A stretch of 63,273 bases of DNA, counting the filler, from Olpidium bornovanus S191 (Eukaryota; Fungi; Olpidiomycota): assembly GCA_017911155.1 (NCBI GenBank). It is 29 parts of 29 records of this genome, joined end to end, with 100 filler letters (N's around TTAATTAATTAA, not from the genome) between each part and the next. Parts side by side here need not be neighbours in the genome. Positions count along the whole stretch, not along the records: positions 59,108 to 60,328 come from JAEFCI010005187.1; positions 60,429 to 62,023 come from JAEFCI010006051.1; positions 62,124 to 63,273 come from JAEFCI010009308.1; 26 more parts are not named here. One strand, 5' to 3'. The notes under the pieces are model-generated. The model saw nothing but the letters and a program-made list of their open reading frames with translations, had not been told where the DNA came from and made no database searches. A program made the position numbers and the translations under genes. Shown here in pieces: positions 59,459 to 63,273 of this stretch; within the stretch, counting starts at the first letter, position 1; each line of letters begins with the position of its first letter.

Positions 59459-59979
59459 CTGAAGAACACGTCGCCGCACGACACCCGGACCTGGGCCAGC
59501 AGCAGGACGGCGTCGTACAGGACGTCCTCCTCGTAGGTGACGGGACACAGCTCGAAGGGCGAGGGCAGGACGGTGAAGGCGACGAAGGGGGCGCGCAGGA
59601 GGTAGACGGAGCCGGCGGCGACGAGGTATCTGCGCAGGAGGGCGAAGGATCGGCGCGCGCGGCCGAGGCAGAAGAGCAGGCCGGTGCCGGCGGCGACGAA
59701 GACGAGGCGGTCGGGCAGGTGGCGGACGGCGGCGTGGCGCATGTACAAGTCGCGCATGGAGTCGACGAGGACGTCGGGGGCGGAGTAGAAGCGGCCGCCG
59801 GCGAGCAGGGCTGCGGAGGCGGCGGCGACGCGGTCGGCGTAGCTGTTCGCGAGGCACACGCAGAAGGCGCAGGCGAGGAAATAGAGGGCGGCCAGGGCGG
59901 TCAGGGCGACGTCGCGGCGGTTCCGCCAGAGGACGAGGTACGACGCGGCGCTCTGGAGGAAGCGGCCTCTGGCGGCCAT
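59459..59979 (-). CDS. Sphingomyelin-synthase-family (SMS/IPCS, PAP2_C) phosphosphingolipid synthase, first exon
   Basis: TM helices with PDVLVD/LPD, LLRAPFVAFTVLPSP and CGDVFFS (D3 motif CGDxxFSGH) interrupted by a GTGAGT donor at 59458. Confidence 0.85.
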
Positions 59980-60110
59980 AACTGCGGGGCGGGGGTTGGG
60001 GGGGGGAAAGGGGGCGGGTGGCAGAGGGAGAGAGGGAGAGTGCGGGACGCGAGGACGGGGAGAGGAGGAGGAGGAGGAGGAGGTTGCGTTCGTGGGCAAT
60101 CGCGTCGCGT

Positions 60111-60146
<36 letters not shown>

Positions 60147-61487
60147 CCGGGGGAGGGGGGAAACGGGGTGTTATAAAAGTCTCTCGCTCCCCTGCCGCGG
60201 GTTTTTGTTTTTTTCCCTTTTTTTTTTTTTTTTTTTTTTTGACCCCACCCCCGCACGCACACCGCCACAACTCCCGCTCCTTCTCCCCGCCCCCACGCCC
60301 ACGCCCCGCCGCGTCCCGCCCCGCCCCCNNNNNNNNNNNNNNNNNNNNNNNNNNNNNNNNNNNNNNNNNNNNTTAATTAATTAANNNNNNNNNNNNNNNN
60401 NNNNNNNNNNNNNNNNNNNNNNNNNNNNGTCTTGTCTTGTGCCTGTGGGACAAGCTGTGTGGATTTGAAGTCGGCCTCCATGTTTAAACTGTGCTAAAAG
60501 GAGAAACCGTGTCCTGCCTTGGCCCACAGAGCAGCTAGAGACTTGCTTCTTTTTCTGCGTCTTGGCTCTTTGCTCCCCTGCCTGGCCTGTTCTCTAGCCC
60601 GTCGGGTTTTTGTTTTTTTTTTTTTTTTTTTTCTTTTTCTTTAGAATTCTTCGTTCTCCCCCCCCCCCCCCCCCCGCTTCTTTTCCTTTCTGGGACACGC
60701 GCGCGGGGCGGGACGGGCGGCGGGGCGGGCGGCGGGGCGGGGAAGAGGCGTGCGCGGGTGTGGGGAAAGAGGGGGGCCATCCCGGGCGCGCCGCGTTCCC
60801 CTCTCTCGGCGGCGGTCCAGCGGCACGTGCGCAGCCGGAGCCGGCCGCGTGACGTAGGAATGAGAAAACGGGGGGCGAAAGCGGCCAACCACCAAACGTC
60901 TGGAACCCTCTCTCTCTCTCTCTCTCTCTCTCTCCGCCGTGGCAGGGGGGATGGCCTGCTCCCTCTCATCGACGCCCATGGAAGTGCCTGTAGTGTGTGT
61001 CTTTTGGAAGCAACCGTGTCGTCGCCCTCCTTTTGCAGTTGCATCCACTACGAGCTGCGTAGAATGCAGTCCTCTCCGTTCTGGTCCTCCTGCCATTGGG
61101 GCTCCTGATCAAGTGGCAGAAATGTGACGTCGGGTCTCCGGGGACGCTTTTCGTGCGTTTGTGAGAGGCGGAGACTGGATGGGTCAAGCCGCGGGTGGCC
61201 ATTGATTACGAGTTTCCACCAGGCTACACGTACAAATGTGCGCAACTATCCAATCATGGCCCCGATCTGCTGCTCCAAGCCGCTGATTGTGGATACGGTT
61301 CGTTTACCACCGAACCTGGAGACCGCGGTGTTGTCGGTAACAATTGTAAGGTGGCTTTCACGCAGGGATCTCAGCCTGCCGGAACAAAACGCGCGTACGC
61401 TGCGGCTTCAGAATTATTGATGCGGCACGCTTCACTCGTGAAAGCGAACAAAGGTTGTAATGGTTTCGATTCTCCGGAATAACGTGT

Positions 61488-61599
61488 CTTTCCAGTCGGC
61501 GGGATTCACGCTTGGTTGGCGACGGCGATAACGGACGGTTGCCTTTCCAGTCGGCGGAATTCACGCTTGGTTGGCGACGGCGATAATGGACGGTTAGCC
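61488..61599. repeat. 55-bp tandem duplication, 2 copies with about 3 differences
   Basis: CTTTCCAGTCGGCGG(G/A)ATTCACGCTTGGTTGGCGACGGCGATAA(C/T)GGACGGTT starts at 61488 and 61543. Confidence 0.92.
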
Positions 61600-63273
61600 T
61601 GGCGACAATGCTGGTGGCGAGGTTGATATTCCGGAAAAAAAAAGTTGGTAACGAAACGCGGTAGTTTCCATGAAAGGTGCAACGCCGGCCTTTTTCCGGT
61701 TGCTCAACCGGCTTGTGTTATGCTCCTTCCGTCCAACTCGACCAAGCAGAGGCAATAAAGGGCTTTTCACAAACGCTTCAGGTAGCGCATAAATAAGCGG
61801 TATCGCAAGCTCCGCGATGTTGCGCGCCGTATACGACAGTATGACGCCGGCAATCCTGGAGCCGCTCGGCCGACTGGTTGTCGCTGCCAGCGAGGACATG
61901 GACATGGAGCCTAACGAATCGAAACCGTATTTCATCGGCCACTGGTACCTCAAGCCCCATCAGCAGGGACTGGAACTCATCATTTCCGCGATTGGGTCGG
62001 CGGTGGCGACTAACATCTGGCTANNNNNNNNNNNNNNNNNNNNNNNNNNNNNNNNNNNNNNNNNNNNTTAATTAATTAANNNNNNNNNNNNNNNNNNNNN
62101 NNNNNNNNNNNNNNNNNNNNNNNAAGGTTTTCCGAATGACTTTCAATTCCGTGGTGTCGACTGCGGAGACCTGAGATGTCGCGTCTCGCGAAGCAGGGGT
62201 TGGCCAAGCAGCTTCATGCGCATAAACGTGGTCCCATAAGCTGTGGGATGTGAAGGCTGAACAATCCCTTGCGGCATCTAGCTCTGGAACACGAGGCAAC
62301 GTGTGCAACGGGACGGGCCGACTTGCGTTACACCTTTGCCCCGGTCCGGCGTCCAAGAGAGATTTTGGGATGCTTCGTGGTAGGGCTTCACGGCAATGTC
62401 ATTTACACCGTCATTACCGCAACGGAAGCTCTCGCTACAAAAAAGCTTTAGTAGCTTTCCTCGTAACGAAAGCCACTTTTTTGTTATTTTTTCTGTTACG
62501 TACCGTGATCGGGACTTCGATAACCCCGAGGAATGGTTTCAGGGATACATTCGTCGTTTGACTCCAAAGAGAAGTTCAGCTCAGAAATATCGGCTCCGTT
62601 CTGTTCCGGGGGCGGCCAGTTAGCATGATCGTAACTGATGTCCGAAGTCGAGGCCTGGAGGAGGAAGGAGCACGGTACGAGATCCAGACTCTGATCCCGG
62701 TCGGCGCGCTGGTATCCGACGTCAGGCGGGTTGCTCGGGAATTCCGCTGCGGACAAGTCGTGCAGCAACATCCCGTTTGCCGGGGATAGGGTGAGTTACG
62801 CCGTTTGGCAATACGTCACTATGAGAACGCGAAAGCACGCGAAGCTCCGCTCCCGATCGAGCTCGGGTTGGATGCCCCGCGCCGGCCTTTTGCGGTATAC
62901 CGGCCGTTTTTTTTTCTCGGCAGGCGCCTAAGTGCCTGGTGTCGTTTGGATGGTCCCGCCCGCGGCCGCCCCGGTTCTTTCTTTCTTTCTTTTTTTCTTT
63001 CTTCCTTACTTTTCCCCAGACCGGGAGGGGAGAGGGAAGGCGGGGGAAGGCCACGGCCACCATCCGCGGTACTGGAAAAAATCTGAACTCGGGGGCCCCG
63101 CGCTGAGCCGGATGCTGCCGCCGATAGCCTCCGAAGCTCTGTCGCAAGAGCCTCCCCCTGCGATCTCCCCGCTGTCCAAAGCTCCTCGAGGCAGCGCGCA
63201 TCAGCAAGGAGATCTTTTCTTATGACCGACCACCCGCAAGATCCCGCCCGAGCAAGTTGCTGAAAGTGGCGGG

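Noticed and set aside
1-63273. Treating the co-occurring genes (MscS, FNT, C2CD3, OSGIN, SMS-like and others) as one clustered system
   Set aside because: They lie on separate contigs joined by an artificial spacer, so there is no evidence of physical linkage.

Overview
This window is not one locus. It is a concatenation of 29 short eukaryotic contigs (about 1-6 kb) joined by an artificial 100-bp spacer (44 N + TTAATTAATTAA + 44 N, stops in all six frames), so adjacency between contigs carries no biological meaning. The content is GC-rich, intron-containing and fungal: eEF3, ERMES Mmm1, an Mbp1/Swi4-type APSES factor, Bro1, calcineurin A, Trf4, Prp19, Sec22, a Bdf1-like ET domain, an RGS protein and an FNT channel. 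It also has centriole/flagellum genes (C2CD3-like, probable CFAP119-like), which point to a zoosporic early-diverging fungus (Olpidium/chytrid-like; inference). Mobile DNA comprises a Bianca-like Ty1/copia integrase, a copia RT fragment, two related Ty3/gypsy LTR elements with readable LTR and PBS, a gypsy integrase tail and a pogo-like remnant. One tRNA-Arg(CCT) is present. The best novelty candidate is a gene with four modelled introns (29777-31170) whose spliced product matches a bacterial MscS mechanosensitive-channel subfamily rather than the usual fungal MscS-like proteins, suggesting a domesticated horizontal transfer. Other notable items are OSGIN-like and SMS-type sphingolipid synthase genes in a fungus, a plant-type copia lineage, and transition-type decay of one LTR element. 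A key caveat: 19 of about 57 contig ends sit at a CATG site and at least one contig is chimeric at CATG, so junction-based claims need care. All family assignments come from motif recognition by eye and recalled consensus sequences; no database search was run.
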